A stretch of 18,334 bases of DNA from a virus (taxonomy: Duplodnaviria > Heunggongvirae > Uroviricota > Caudoviricetes). The notes beneath the pieces are model-generated. The model was not told where the DNA came from. It saw only the letters and a list, made by a program, of their open reading frames with translations, and searched no databases. Made by a program: the position numbers and the translations under genes. The DNA is taken from positions 1-18,334 of IMG/VR virus record IMGVR_UViG_2651869725_000022; one strand, 5' to 3'. Position 1 is the first letter of the stretch. Every line of letters begins with the position of its first letter. This document shows positions 8,031 to 15,065 of the stretch, piece after piece.

Positions 8031-8524
8031 TAAGCCCCCACGTAATTCCCTGACAGATACCACTCTTCACCCGATGCAGCGCGCTTGCTGCTTTTCCGTA
8101 AGCACCGCTCACGATGCGCCAGAAAATTGTTTCGTTCTGGCTGGGAGTGGCTTTCACGGAATGCCGCCATCCACACGGTTGCAGCACGACGAAATAAGCC
8201 TCTTGACTCCAGTTCTTCAGCCTGGCGGGTCAGGCACAAAATCACCCGGGGATCGTTAGTGCCGACATAGAAATTGCGCACAGGTCTGGTTTCACGAACT
8301 GGTTGTGGTTCCGGCTCCCGCGCTCTCTCAGTCAGGCGCGGGAAATGTCTGCGTGTATCCCCTTCACAACGGTGAGCCACAGGCCCACTCTGACGTAACT
8401 TGCTTGCTGACTGCAGTACGCGCTGCCGTGAGTAACCTGCAAAAGCATCCGCAATGTCTCCGGAAGTACACCCCGGATGGGCTTCAATGAATTTCTGAAC
8501 GTCATTCAAAAGACTCATGATCAC
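8030..8524 (-). CDS. Putative transcriptional regulator (PerC-like C-terminal motif)
   Basis: 164 aa; the C-terminal LESRGLFRRAATVWMAAF resembles the PerC-family signature as I recall it. Translationally coupled to the O-like gene (4-bp overlap) and the Dam gene. Family call is tentative. Confidence 0.4.
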   Translation of the reverse strand: MIMSLLNDVQKFIEAHPGCTSGDIADAFAGYSRQRVLQSASKLRQSGPVAHRCEGDTRRHFPRLTERAREPEPQPVRETRPVRNFYVGTNDPRVILCLTRQAEELESRGLFRRAATVWMAAFRESHSQPERNNFLAHRERCLRKSSKRAASGEEWYLSGNYVGA

Positions 8525-9462
8525 CCCCTGAATCCTGCCGGGATCTGGCTGTAGTCCACGTTGTCGTAACTGGATTTGAAGTACGGGTCTTCGCGTTTTT
8601 CGGTGTACGTGCTGACGGACGGCGATAAGCGCAGGGAAAGCTCATCCCATTTTTCCCGCAGCTTCGACGGGCTGAGCACGTTACGGCACCAGAACGGATC
8701 GCGGCTGACGCGGCTGTACATCTCGCAGATTTGTTTGTGAGTACGACCATCCTGCACACACATCAGGCGAATTTCGTTTGCCCAGGCTGTCCAGTTCGGT
8801 TCTTTGGGACGAACCACCTCGCCGTCACATTCGGCAGCCTGCTCGTACAGGGCGATGATTTTTTTCCAGAGCCACTGTGCGCAGGTCAAATCATCCTGCG
8901 TCCCCCACTGGCGCTTTTTAGGGCTGAATACAACCGCATCAGGATGGCGAGTTAAAAAATCCTGTTCAGCCGTCTGCGTGTCCGGTTGCGAAGCGTCCGG
9001 ACGAGAAGGTTTTTTATCTGACGGATCATGTTTTGATTTTACTGACGGATCCCCGCCAGATTCTGACGGGTGAAAACCCGCTTTTTTGCCAGATTTCGAC
9101 GCATCAAATTTTGACGGGTCAGATTTTGATGCGTCAGATTTTGACGGGTCAGAATCTGACAGTTGAGAAAATGCCGCTGCCTGAAGCTTCGCAACGTTAA
9201 GCTGATAAACATTCGACGCATTGCGGTTACCCTGGCGACGCGCCTTACGCGTTAACCAGCCTTCTGCTTCCAGCCGTGCGATAGCCGTTCTGACGGTACT
9301 CATCCCCGCGCCAATCTGACGGGCAATGGTTTCAATTGATGGCCAGCACACACCTTCGTCATTACTGAAATCAGCCAGGCGGGCCATAATTGCCACGCTG
9401 GATAACTTCATGCCTGATGCAGCGCAACCATCCCATACATAGCCGGTTAATTTAGTGCTCAT
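8521..9462 (-). CDS. Replication initiator, lambda O-like (HTH N-terminal domain, iteron-encoded linker, O-type C-terminal domain)
   Basis: 313 aa. The C-terminal segment (WGTQDDLTCAQW...NWTAWANEIRLMCVQDGRTHKQICEMYSRVSRDPFWCRNVLSPSKLREKWDELS) closely parallels the lambda O C-terminal domain (WGTAEDLTAAEW...NFAGWANDIRLMRERDGRNHRDMCVLFRWACQDNFWSGNVLSPAKLRDKWTQLE) from memory. The central low-complexity SDSDPSKSDASKSDPSKFDASKSG is encoded by direct repeats. Confidence 0.8.
   Translation of the reverse strand: MSTKLTGYVWDGCAASGMKLSSVAIMARLADFSNDEGVCWPSIETIARQIGAGMSTVRTAIARLEAEGWLTRKARRQGNRNASNVYQLNVAKLQAAAFSQLSDSDPSKSDASKSDPSKFDASKSGKKAGFHPSESGGDPSVKSKHDPSDKKPSRPDASQPDTQTAEQDFLTRHPDAVVFSPKKRQWGTQDDLTCAQWLWKKIIALYEQAAECDGEVVRPKEPNWTAWANEIRLMCVQDGRTHKQICEMYSRVSRDPFWCRNVLSPSKLREKWDELSLRLSPSVSTYTEKREDPYFKSSYDNVDYSQIPAGFRG
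9016..9162. repeat. Iteron array (candidate replication origin) inside the O-like gene
   Basis: At least eight copies of a T(C/T)TGAC(G/A)G core; the last five are spaced at exactly 15 bp (cores at 9096, 9111, 9126, 9141, 9156; unit approx GTCAGATTTTGACGG), with further copies at 9018, 9042 and 9063. Moderately AT-rich stretch on the 3' side (8940-9015). Mirrors ori-lambda architecture within O. Confidence 0.6.
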
Positions 9463-9471
9463 GACCGACCT

Positions 9472-9810
9472 CTATTTCCCTGAATTTACGACGAAACTGT
9501 TCGAGCGGGCTGAAGCACTCATGCTCATAGCCTTCGCGGAGGTAGATAACTCGTTGTGTTTCCGGCTCCCAACGAATGACTCTGACGGGCACTCCGTAGT
9601 GATCTTTGAACCAGCGGTTAACTTGTCGCAAAGGACTGTCTCCTTCTGCCGGTTGAAATCACCCACAGCCCACTCAGCAAAGCTGTGGGTTACAATTTCC
9701 CTGTCACCTGGTACATTTACTGCATAGCAATACTCCACCTTCGCTTTTCCACCCGGTACAGGAAGCGCAATCAGTTGCGAGCGACGGTAGTGTGTTGTTA
9801 AACTGTTCAT
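9472..9810 (-). CDS. Hypothetical protein (112 aa), translationally coupled
   Basis: ATG at 9810 overlaps the upstream stop (ATGA) and has GGAG 9 nt upstream. No family recognised. An antisense ORF (9455-9727, plus strand) occupies the same DNA, so the coding strand is not fully certain. Confidence 0.35.
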   Translation of the reverse strand: MNSLTTHYRRSQLIALPVPGGKAKVEYCYAVNVPGDREIVTHSFAEWAVGDFNRQKETVLCDKLTAGSKITTECPSESFVGSRKHNELSTSAKAMSMSASARSNSFVVNSGK

Positions 9811-10358
9811 GCGTTAGTTTCTCCACAGTCACGACACGCCACGGCGCCCGGAGCTGCACACTCGCGGGCGTCACTACTTTCTGAAACGCAAAAGATTTTG
9901 TAGACCAGTGCTGCATGCTCCTGCAGCTTCGAAATTGAGAGGTACAGCTCATCGTTAATTGCTGTCTTCTCATGCGGTTCCACTACACCGTCTTCAATTG
10001 CTGAACGAATCTGTTTTGAATAACTGCCGATCTGTTCAATGACTTCCAGCAGGCGTTGGTTGATATCGGCGTTGTCCACATCCTCGACGTCAGGAAGAGA
10101 CACAAAGACGCCATTTGCAGACTGCGCCACAGCATCAGCAATGAAGTGAGTGCCACCAGCACGCTGTAAAACCATTGCCCATCCCAGCGGGAAAATCTGA
10201 TCGCCATCTGCACGAAGGCGGTTGAATAAAGCGTTTTCTGTTACATCGAGCCAGTCAGCCGCTTCAGCGTAACCACCCGGCAACGCCGCGATAGTTTTTC
10301 TGACAGCTTTCACATACCACTTAGGCTGTTTTTCTACTTTCCAGTGATGCTTACCCAC
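9807..10358 (-). CDS. CII-like regulatory protein with extended C-terminal domain
   Basis: Preferred start is the GTG at 10358 (AAGGAG 6 nt upstream); the longer ORF to 10463 would overlap cro. The segment [39 protein letters not shown] parallels the lambda CII HTH region (TEKTAEAVGVDKSQISRWKRDWIPKFSMLLAVLE) from memory. Sits between cro and O as cII does. Confidence 0.45.
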   Translation of the reverse strand: MGKHHWKVEKQPKWYVKAVRKTIAALPGGYAEAADWLDVTENALFNRLRADGDQIFPLGWAMVLQRAGGTHFIADAVAQSANGVFVSLPDVEDVDNADINQRLLEVIEQIGSYSKQIRSAIEDGVVEPHEKTAINDELYLSISKLQEHAALVYKIFCVSESSDARECAAPGAVACRDCGETNA

Positions 10359-10380
10359 GGCTATCTCCTTAAAACTGTGG

Positions 10381-10629
10381 TTACTTTTCATCTGATGAAT
10401 CTTTAATCTTTTGAAAAATATCTGGACGTAATTTTTCTTTTGATATGCCAGTGGTCTTTTCAATGAATATCGAGAGCTTTGCAGGGGGACGCTTTTCTCT
10501 GTTCAACCAGTTCCAGACATGTTGTTGCTTTACTAAATGACCGCTGCTGGCTGTGAGCTTCCGAGCCAATTCTGATTGACCACCAGCCAGAGCGATTGCC
10601 TCCGATAAGGCTAATTGCTCAGGTGTCAT
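10381..10629 (-). CDS. Cro-like repressor (YdaS/Cro-type HTH)
   Basis: 82 aa, divergent from the cI-like gene across a 135-bp operator region; AAGGAG RBS 6 nt upstream of the ATG. HTH-like segment LSEAIALAGGQSELARKLTASSGHLVKQ. Confidence 0.6.
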   Translation of the reverse strand: MTPEQLALSEAIALAGGQSELARKLTASSGHLVKQQHVWNWLNREKRPPAKLSIFIEKTTGISKEKLRPDIFQKIKDSSDEK

Positions 10630-10764
10630 AGCTTTCTCCTTTTTAGGTAGTTAAGTTGTTACGAGTTGCAAGAATACAACATTAACAACTTTTATCACAA
10701 CTTTTAGGTGTTGGAAAGCTAAAACATAAAGTTGTAACCTCACCAAAAAAGAGAGGGATATGTT
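10630..10764. promoter_or_regulatory. Divergent operator/promoter region (OR analogue; pR towards cro, pRM towards cI)
   Basis: Intergenic region between divergent cro-like and cI-like genes. It carries at least five copies of the half-site AAGTTGT / ACAACTT (for example TTAAGTTGTTAC, TTAACAACTTTT, ATCACAACTTTT, AAAGTTGTAACC); the same motif recurs at the pL candidate. Confidence 0.55.
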
Positions 10765-11451
10765 GTGAAAACACTGGCAGAACGATTAAAGATAGGTAGA
10801 GAGAAAGCTGGCATGAGCCAAGCTCAACTAGCTGAAAAAATTGGACTTTCACAACAATCTGTAGCCAAAATAGAGAATGGCGAAACTCTACAACCGCGCA
10901 AAATTAAAGAAATTGCAAAAGTTTTAGGTGTATCACAAAAGTGGTTACAACTTGGTATTGAAGACAACGCATCCATACCTGATCTTGTTGTAAAAGAAGC
11001 AGAAAGCACCGCATTAGACCCCGATATTTTCGTAAACATCCCTGTTTTAGATGTCGAGTTATCGGCAGGTAATGGATGTCTGGCTGAAATAGTTGAATCA
11101 GCTATTGACTGGTTTCCGTTAAGAAGAGCAGATTTGAGAAAATCTGGCGTATGTGCATCTAATGCCAAGATCGTAAAAATATGGGGGAACAGTTTATTAC
11201 CGGTTCTCAATAATGGAGATCTTGTTGCCGTTGATATTTCTCAAACCGTTCCTATTCGTGATGGCGATCTTTATGCCATACGAGATGGTGTATTGCTAAG
11301 GGTTAAAATACTTATCAACTTACCTGACGGTGGCTTGATTCTTAGAAGCTTCAACAAAGATGAGTACCCAGATGAAATACTCACCTTTGAAGATAGACGA
11401 GCCAGAATTCATGTTATAGGTAGGGTATTCTGGTCATCGCGAACTTGGTAA
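10765..11451 (+). CDS. cI-type prophage repressor (HTH-XRE N-terminal domain plus S24 LexA-like autopeptidase domain)
   Basis: 228 aa starting at GTG 10765 (purine-rich RBS upstream). N-terminal HTH (MSQAQLAEKIGLSQQSVAKIENGE), candidate Ala-Gly cleavage site (LSAGNG), catalytic Ser (GNSL) and Lys (LRVK) in S24 arrangement. Confidence 0.85.
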   Translation: MKTLAERLKIGREKAGMSQAQLAEKIGLSQQSVAKIENGETLQPRKIKEIAKVLGVSQKWLQLGIEDNASIPDLVVKEAESTALDPDIFVNIPVLDVELSAGNGCLAEIVESAIDWFPLRRADLRKSGVCASNAKIVKIWGNSLLPVLNNGDLVAVDISQTVPIRDGDLYAIRDGVLLRVKILINLPDGGLILRSFNKDEYPDEILTFEDRRARIHVIGRVFWSSRTW

Positions 11452-12324
11452 TGCATCGAAAAGCATTTCTTCAGAAATAATTTTAAGTTTTGCACCATTA
11501 TCATCCCTATAAGATATAGCTTTTTCGATCTTCCTTCCGTGACTTGAGAATTTCCAATCACGGGAGGAAAGCGTCCCAATTACTAAAAAATCCAACTTTT
11601 GAGTAATTCCACTACTGATGTTCCCACCAGCATTTTTAATCAAATTTTCAACTACGGCTCTCTTTCCTGCAACAAAAGTGCCTGTAAGACAATAGGTTTT
11701 ACCCTCTAACTCTATCGAAGCCCCTACATCAATAGGCAGCCTGGTCGCCAAACCATCCACCACCCCACTTTCCAAGTCACATCCTGTGAAGTCTACTAAT
11801 GCCTTATGTAGAGTTAAACTCTCATCTTCAGTAATAACACCATCTTTAAGAATTTCCTTTACAAGTGCATAAAGTTTTTTTCCTGGGTAGTTGTTCTTCA
11901 AAGCTCCATTTTGCTCAAGCCACCAATTAAGATATCTTATTTCTTCTTGAGTTAAGTTCCGATCAGCAATTAATCCTTTACATAGTCCATTAAGTAAATG
12001 GACATCTACATCCTTGGAGTAAAAATCAATTTCAGGGATATCAAGAATTTCCCTCTGTATTTGGAGAAGGCTATTTTTAAGGTCATCACGTTCTTCTGAT
12101 GTGATTATTCCATCCGCAAGAATATCCGACACCCGTGCTGATAGACTTTTTATAACTCCATTATTGATAATCTGCTTTGCTTCAAGTAACCATGTATCTA
12201 AGTAAAGAACCTCCTCTTCACGGACAACTCCATCTGCAATGATTCCATCAATGATGCTAATCAAGTTAGCAAATAACTTGTCCCGGTTCTGTGTGTAATT
12301 AAAAGCGTAAAGCGCGTCTTCCAT
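11434..12324 (-). CDS. Accessory protein: four TerB-like helical repeats followed by a C-terminal BRCT domain
   Basis: 296 aa; GGAGG RBS 4 nt upstream of the ATG at 12324. Four repeats built on an acidic core (IADGVVREEEVLYL; LADGIITSEERDDL; IADRNLTQEEIRYL; LKDGVITEDESLTL). The C-terminal GKTYCLTGTF...GGNISSGITQKLDFLVIG...ISEEMLFDAL matches the BRCT pattern as seen in NAD-dependent ligase C-termini. AT-rich, convergent with cI and overlapping its 3' end by 18 bp. Confidence 0.65.
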   Translation of the reverse strand: MEDALYAFNYTQNRDKLFANLISIIDGIIADGVVREEEVLYLDTWLLEAKQIINNGVIKSLSARVSDILADGIITSEERDDLKNSLLQIQREILDIPEIDFYSKDVDVHLLNGLCKGLIADRNLTQEEIRYLNWWLEQNGALKNNYPGKKLYALVKEILKDGVITEDESLTLHKALVDFTGCDLESGVVDGLATRLPIDVGASIELEGKTYCLTGTFVAGKRAVVENLIKNAGGNISSGITQKLDFLVIGTLSSRDWKFSSHGRKIEKAISYRDDNGAKLKIISEEMLFDALPSSR

Positions 12325-12380
12325 ACAACCTCCTTTTTTGATAATCCTTGCACTCCTTGGCTACTCGTTCAAACCACATA

Positions 12381-12430
12381 AAGTTGTTGACAACATTCAA
12401 AACCACAATTAAATTACAACTTAAAGGTGT
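12381..12430 (+). promoter_or_regulatory. pL-like early-left promoter with operator half-sites (OL analogue)
   Basis: TTGACA at 12387-12392, 17-bp spacer, TAAATT at 12410-12415. It overlaps the imperfect palindrome AAAGTTGTTGACAACATT and a further ACAACTT copy, the same half-site as in the OR region. Confidence 0.45.
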
Positions 12431-12525
12431 TAAAACGACGAACAGGCAGGACGCCCACGAAGTAGCCGCCGGTGGCGTATGAATGACCGGATGATTCGTT
12501 AAATACTATGTGTAAGAGAGCGCAA

Positions 12526-12729
12526 ATGAACCGTTATTTCACATGCTCGTTTTGTGGCGCAAACGAGCTGCAGGCAAAAAAAATCATCGCCAAAGGCGGA
12601 AAAGATGAAGTTGCTATCTGCTCTGAGTGCGTAGTCTTGTGTGTCGGGGCATTAATCAATATCAGCACAACTATTCAGTTCACACCAAATGAGAATGCGC
12701 CTTTAGATGCGCGGAAATCTGGAGGTTAA
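12526..12729 (+). CDS. Small protein with ClpX-type C4 zinc-finger (ClpX N-domain-like)
   Basis: Preferred start is the ATG at 12526 (MNRYFTCSFCG...). CSFCGANELQAKKIIAKGGKDEVAICSECVVLC parallels the ClpX zinc-binding domain ([30 protein letters not shown]) from memory. First gene downstream of the pL candidate. Confidence 0.55.
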   Translation: MNRYFTCSFCGANELQAKKIIAKGGKDEVAICSECVVLCVGALINISTTIQFTPNENAPLDARKSGG

Positions 12730-12737
12730 AGAACAAA

Positions 12738-13013
12738 ATGAAAGTCCAGATTTTAAACAATAGTGGTGAAGTCGTTTGGTCATACGACATAGCCGCTCCT
12801 GTAGATCAGAGCGGCGATAGCTGGACCAATGGGAAACATCAGATTATGGCTGGAGTTGTATTCTCTTTACGCCGTGCTTTGGAACAGGCTGAAGTATTTC
12901 CATCAGACCCTGAATGGAAATGGCCTTTTTCTATTTGTCCAAATTCGGAGAGTACATTTCAGAAAATTGGTCAGAAAGTCGCACTCGAAGAGCATCAGCC
13001 AACTGTTTCCTGA
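12738..13013 (+). CDS. Hypothetical protein (91 aa)
   Basis: GGAGG RBS 9 nt upstream of the ATG. No family recognised. Its 3' end overlaps the convergent minus-strand ORF by about 83 bp. Confidence 0.4.
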   Translation: MKVQILNNSGEVVWSYDIAAPVDQSGDSWTNGKHQIMAGVVFSLRRALEQAEVFPSDPEWKWPFSICPNSESTFQKIGQKVALEEHQPTVS

Positions 13014-13176
13014 TTTTTTCAGGTAGCTCGTCGGCATCGCAGAAACAACAACGCTCGATCATGTTGAAAGCCGATTCGTAGAACTGTTTCTGCTGAGTGT
13101 CGCTGAGACAGGAAAAGAGCGACGTTACGATGATTTTATTAATTGCATTATCAAGTTCTTTTTCATCAAAAGTCAT
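12931..13176 (-). CDS. Hypothetical protein (81 aa), antisense-oriented within the early-left operon
   Basis: AGGA RBS about 7 nt upstream of the ATG at 13176. Helical-looking sequence with a CCFC motif. Convergent with and overlapping the 91-aa ORF. Confidence 0.4.
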   Translation of the reverse strand: MTFDEKELDNAINKIIVTSLFSCLSDTQQKQFYESAFNMIERCCFCDADELPEKIRKQLADALRVRLSDQFSEMYSPNLDK

Positions 13177-13430
13177 TTGATTTTCCTTTTATGTATACGG
13201 ACTTAAAAGGATACCACCGAGCCTGAAGTGGTGAAAAGACAGGCACATAACAGCTAAGTATTTTCAACCAGAGAGAATCCTTAGCGTTGTGGTGAATGCG
13301 GCTCAGCGCACGCGGGTTAAGGTTGAGGCTGACAGTCGACCTTCTGTGGATACCCACCCGCCAGGTGTGCAACCTTCGCCAGGCACCGGGAGGCACCCGG
13401 CACCACAACTTTATGCTGTGTGTAGTCTTG

Positions 13431-13478
13431 GCGGTACCAGCTTGTACCCTTGCTTCCGGCTGGTACCGCTCTTTTTAC
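13431..13478 (+). terminator. Candidate intrinsic terminator inside the early-left operon (tL-like)
   Basis: Perfect 11-bp stem GCGGTACCAGC (13431-13441) / GCTGGTACCGC (13459-13469) with a 17-nt loop, followed by CTCTTTTTAC. The loop is large for a canonical terminator, hence moderate confidence. Confidence 0.45.
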
Positions 13479-13613
13479 AAAACAGAGAAGAGCATCACCG
13501 GACGACGGGCTCATAACCCAATCCACCCGGGCGGCTGCCACCGCAGGTGTTCTTCTCTGTTTTGTGGAGAAACCAACCGACCTTGCAGGGTCGATATGAT
13601 TAGGAGCAGCAAA

Positions 13614-14048
13614 ATGGCTAGCGAACGCAGTACTGATGTGCAGGCATTTATCGGGGAGCTGGACGGCGGCGTATTTGAAACCAAAATCGGCGCAGTTCTC
13701 AGTGAAGTCGCTTCCGGTGTGATGAACACGAAAACCAAAGGTAAGGTCTCACTCAACCTGGAAATCGAACCGTTTGATGAGAACCGTGTGAAAATCAAAC
13801 ACAAACTCTCATATGTTCGCCCGACTAACCGCGGGAAAATTTCCGAAGAAGACACCACCGAAACGCCGATGTATGTCAATCGCGGTGGTCGCCCGACTAA
13901 CCGCGGGAAAATTTCCGAAGAAGACACCACCGAAACGCCGATGTATGTCAATCGCGGTGGTCGCCTGACTATTCTGCAGGAAGACCAGGGACAATTACTG
14001 ACTCTTGCCGGTGAACCTGACGGAAAACTCCGCGCAGCAGGTCATTAA
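13614..14048 (+). CDS. Hypothetical protein (144 aa) containing a duplicated 24-aa segment
   Basis: Preferred start is the ATG at 13614 with AGGAG 7 nt upstream; the upstream part of the long ORF 13296-14048 is GC-rich and lacks an RBS. Contains the tandem repeat PTNRGKISEEDTTETPMYVNRGGR twice. Confidence 0.55.
   Translation: MASERSTDVQAFIGELDGGVFETKIGAVLSEVASGVMNTKTKGKVSLNLEIEPFDENRVKIKHKLSYVRPTNRGKISEEDTTETPMYVNRGGRPTNRGKISEEDTTETPMYVNRGGRLTILQEDQGQLLTLAGEPDGKLRAAGH
13821..13964. repeat. Perfect 72-bp tandem duplication (2 copies) inside the coding sequence
   Basis: Copy 1 at 13821-13892 and copy 2 at 13893-13964 are identical base for base. A degenerate partial third start (GCCTGACTATTC) follows. 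Confidence 0.9.
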
Positions 14049-14113
14049 TATCGTTCTTAATTAACTGATTATTTATCTCATCACTGAATATCTTTATATA
14101 GTGAGGACTTATT

Positions 14114-14938
14114 ATGTCTCAGAACTTAGACGCAACCGCAATTAATCAAATCCATGCTCTTATTTCTGCTCAGGGTGTTAATGAAATTATCAGTAAGATT
14201 GGTGCCGATGCTGTGGCATTGCCTGAGAATTTCCGCATTCATGATCTGGAAAAATTTAATTTAAATCGCTTCCGTTTCCGTGGTGCGCTTTCCACTGCCA
14301 GCATCGATGACTTTACCCGTTATTCTAAAGATCTTGCAGATGAAGGCACCCGCTGCTTTATCGATGCCGATAATATGCGAGCCGTCAGTGTGCTTAACCT
14401 GGGTACTATTGATGAACCAGGTCACGCAGATAACACCGCCACTCTCAAACTGAAAAAGACAGCACCGTTCTCTGCTCTGTTGTCTGTTAATGGCGAGCGT
14501 AACTCCCAGAAGTCACTGGCAGAATGGATTGAAGACTGGGCCGACTACCTTGTGGGCTTTGATGCTAATGGTGACGCCATTCAGGCAACCAAAGCGGCTG
14601 CGGCGATCCGTAAAATCACAATTGAAGCGAACCAGACCGCTGATTTTGAAGATAATGACTTCAGCGGCAAACGCTCCCTGATGGAGTCTGTCGAAGCGAA
14701 GACCAAAGACATTATGCCAGTGGCATTTGAATTTAAATGCGTTCCGTTTGAAGGTCTGAAAGAACGTCCGTTTAAATTACGCCTCAGCATTATCACTGGC
14801 GATCGTCCTGTACTGGTTCTGCGCATTATTCAGCTGGAAGCGGTGCAGGAAGAAATGGCTAACGAATTTCGTGATCTGCTTGTTGAGAAATTCAAAGACA
14901 GCAAAGTAGAAACCTTTATTGGTACTTTCACCGCCTGA
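14114..14938 (+). CDS. YfdQ-like (DUF2303-type) prophage protein
   Basis: 274 aa with an AGTGAGGA RBS. Length and gene neighbourhood (followed by an HD-domain YfdR-like gene and a 120-aa YfdS-like gene) match the CPS-53-type yfdQ-yfdR-yfdS block as I recall it. Family call is from memory. Confidence 0.5.
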   Translation: MSQNLDATAINQIHALISAQGVNEIISKIGADAVALPENFRIHDLEKFNLNRFRFRGALSTASIDDFTRYSKDLADEGTRCFIDADNMRAVSVLNLGTIDEPGHADNTATLKLKKTAPFSALLSVNGERNSQKSLAEWIEDWADYLVGFDANGDAIQATKAAAAIRKITIEANQTADFEDNDFSGKRSLMESVEAKTKDIMPVAFEFKCVPFEGLKERPFKLRLSIITGDRPVLVLRIIQLEAVQEEMANEFRDLLVEKFKDSKVETFIGTFTA

Positions 14939-15065
14939 TTTCATTACTGCAAATGCCCCTGCGGGGGCATTTATGGAAACGTAATTTACTCAATAATCGC
15001 CGGATGGTGATGGATTCTTTTTACCAGAATTCAGCGCGGTGCAGCGCATATACGTGGAGAACAAA

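Noticed and set aside
8030-8524. The 164-aa gene downstream of O as a lambda-P-type helicase loader
   Set aside because: It is too short and shows none of the P sequence I recall. Its C-terminus instead resembles PerC-type regulators, so it was called a putative regulator.
9039-9221. 60-aa ORF on the minus strand (MRRMFISLTL...) and 8804-9073 plus-strand ORF inside the O-like gene
   Set aside because: They are alternative frames within the iteron-containing part of the O-like gene and their repetitive translation is a by-product of the DNA repeats.
9455-9727. Plus-strand 90-aa ORF antisense to the 112-aa gene
   Set aside because: Not reported as a feature because the minus-strand ORF is translationally coupled to the CII-like gene (ATGA overlap plus RBS) and matches the operon orientation. 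The plus-strand ORF cannot be fully excluded without expression or conservation data.
13166-13541. ORFs of 74-80 aa on both strands (13166-13408 minus, 13289-13516 plus, 13317-13541 minus) and the upstream 106 codons of the long ORF 13296-14048
   Set aside because: They lie in a GC-rich stretch where long open frames arise by chance, have no RBS, and translate to Arg/Pro-rich low-plausibility sequence. The downstream gene has a clear RBS and start at 13614. Treated as non-coding (see the structured-region finding).
13477-13565. Possible retron msr/msd, suggested by the flanking 15-bp inverted repeats
   Set aside because: No reverse transcriptase gene is present anywhere in the window, and the downstream genes are ordinary prophage proteins. 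Kept only as an unexplained inverted repeat.
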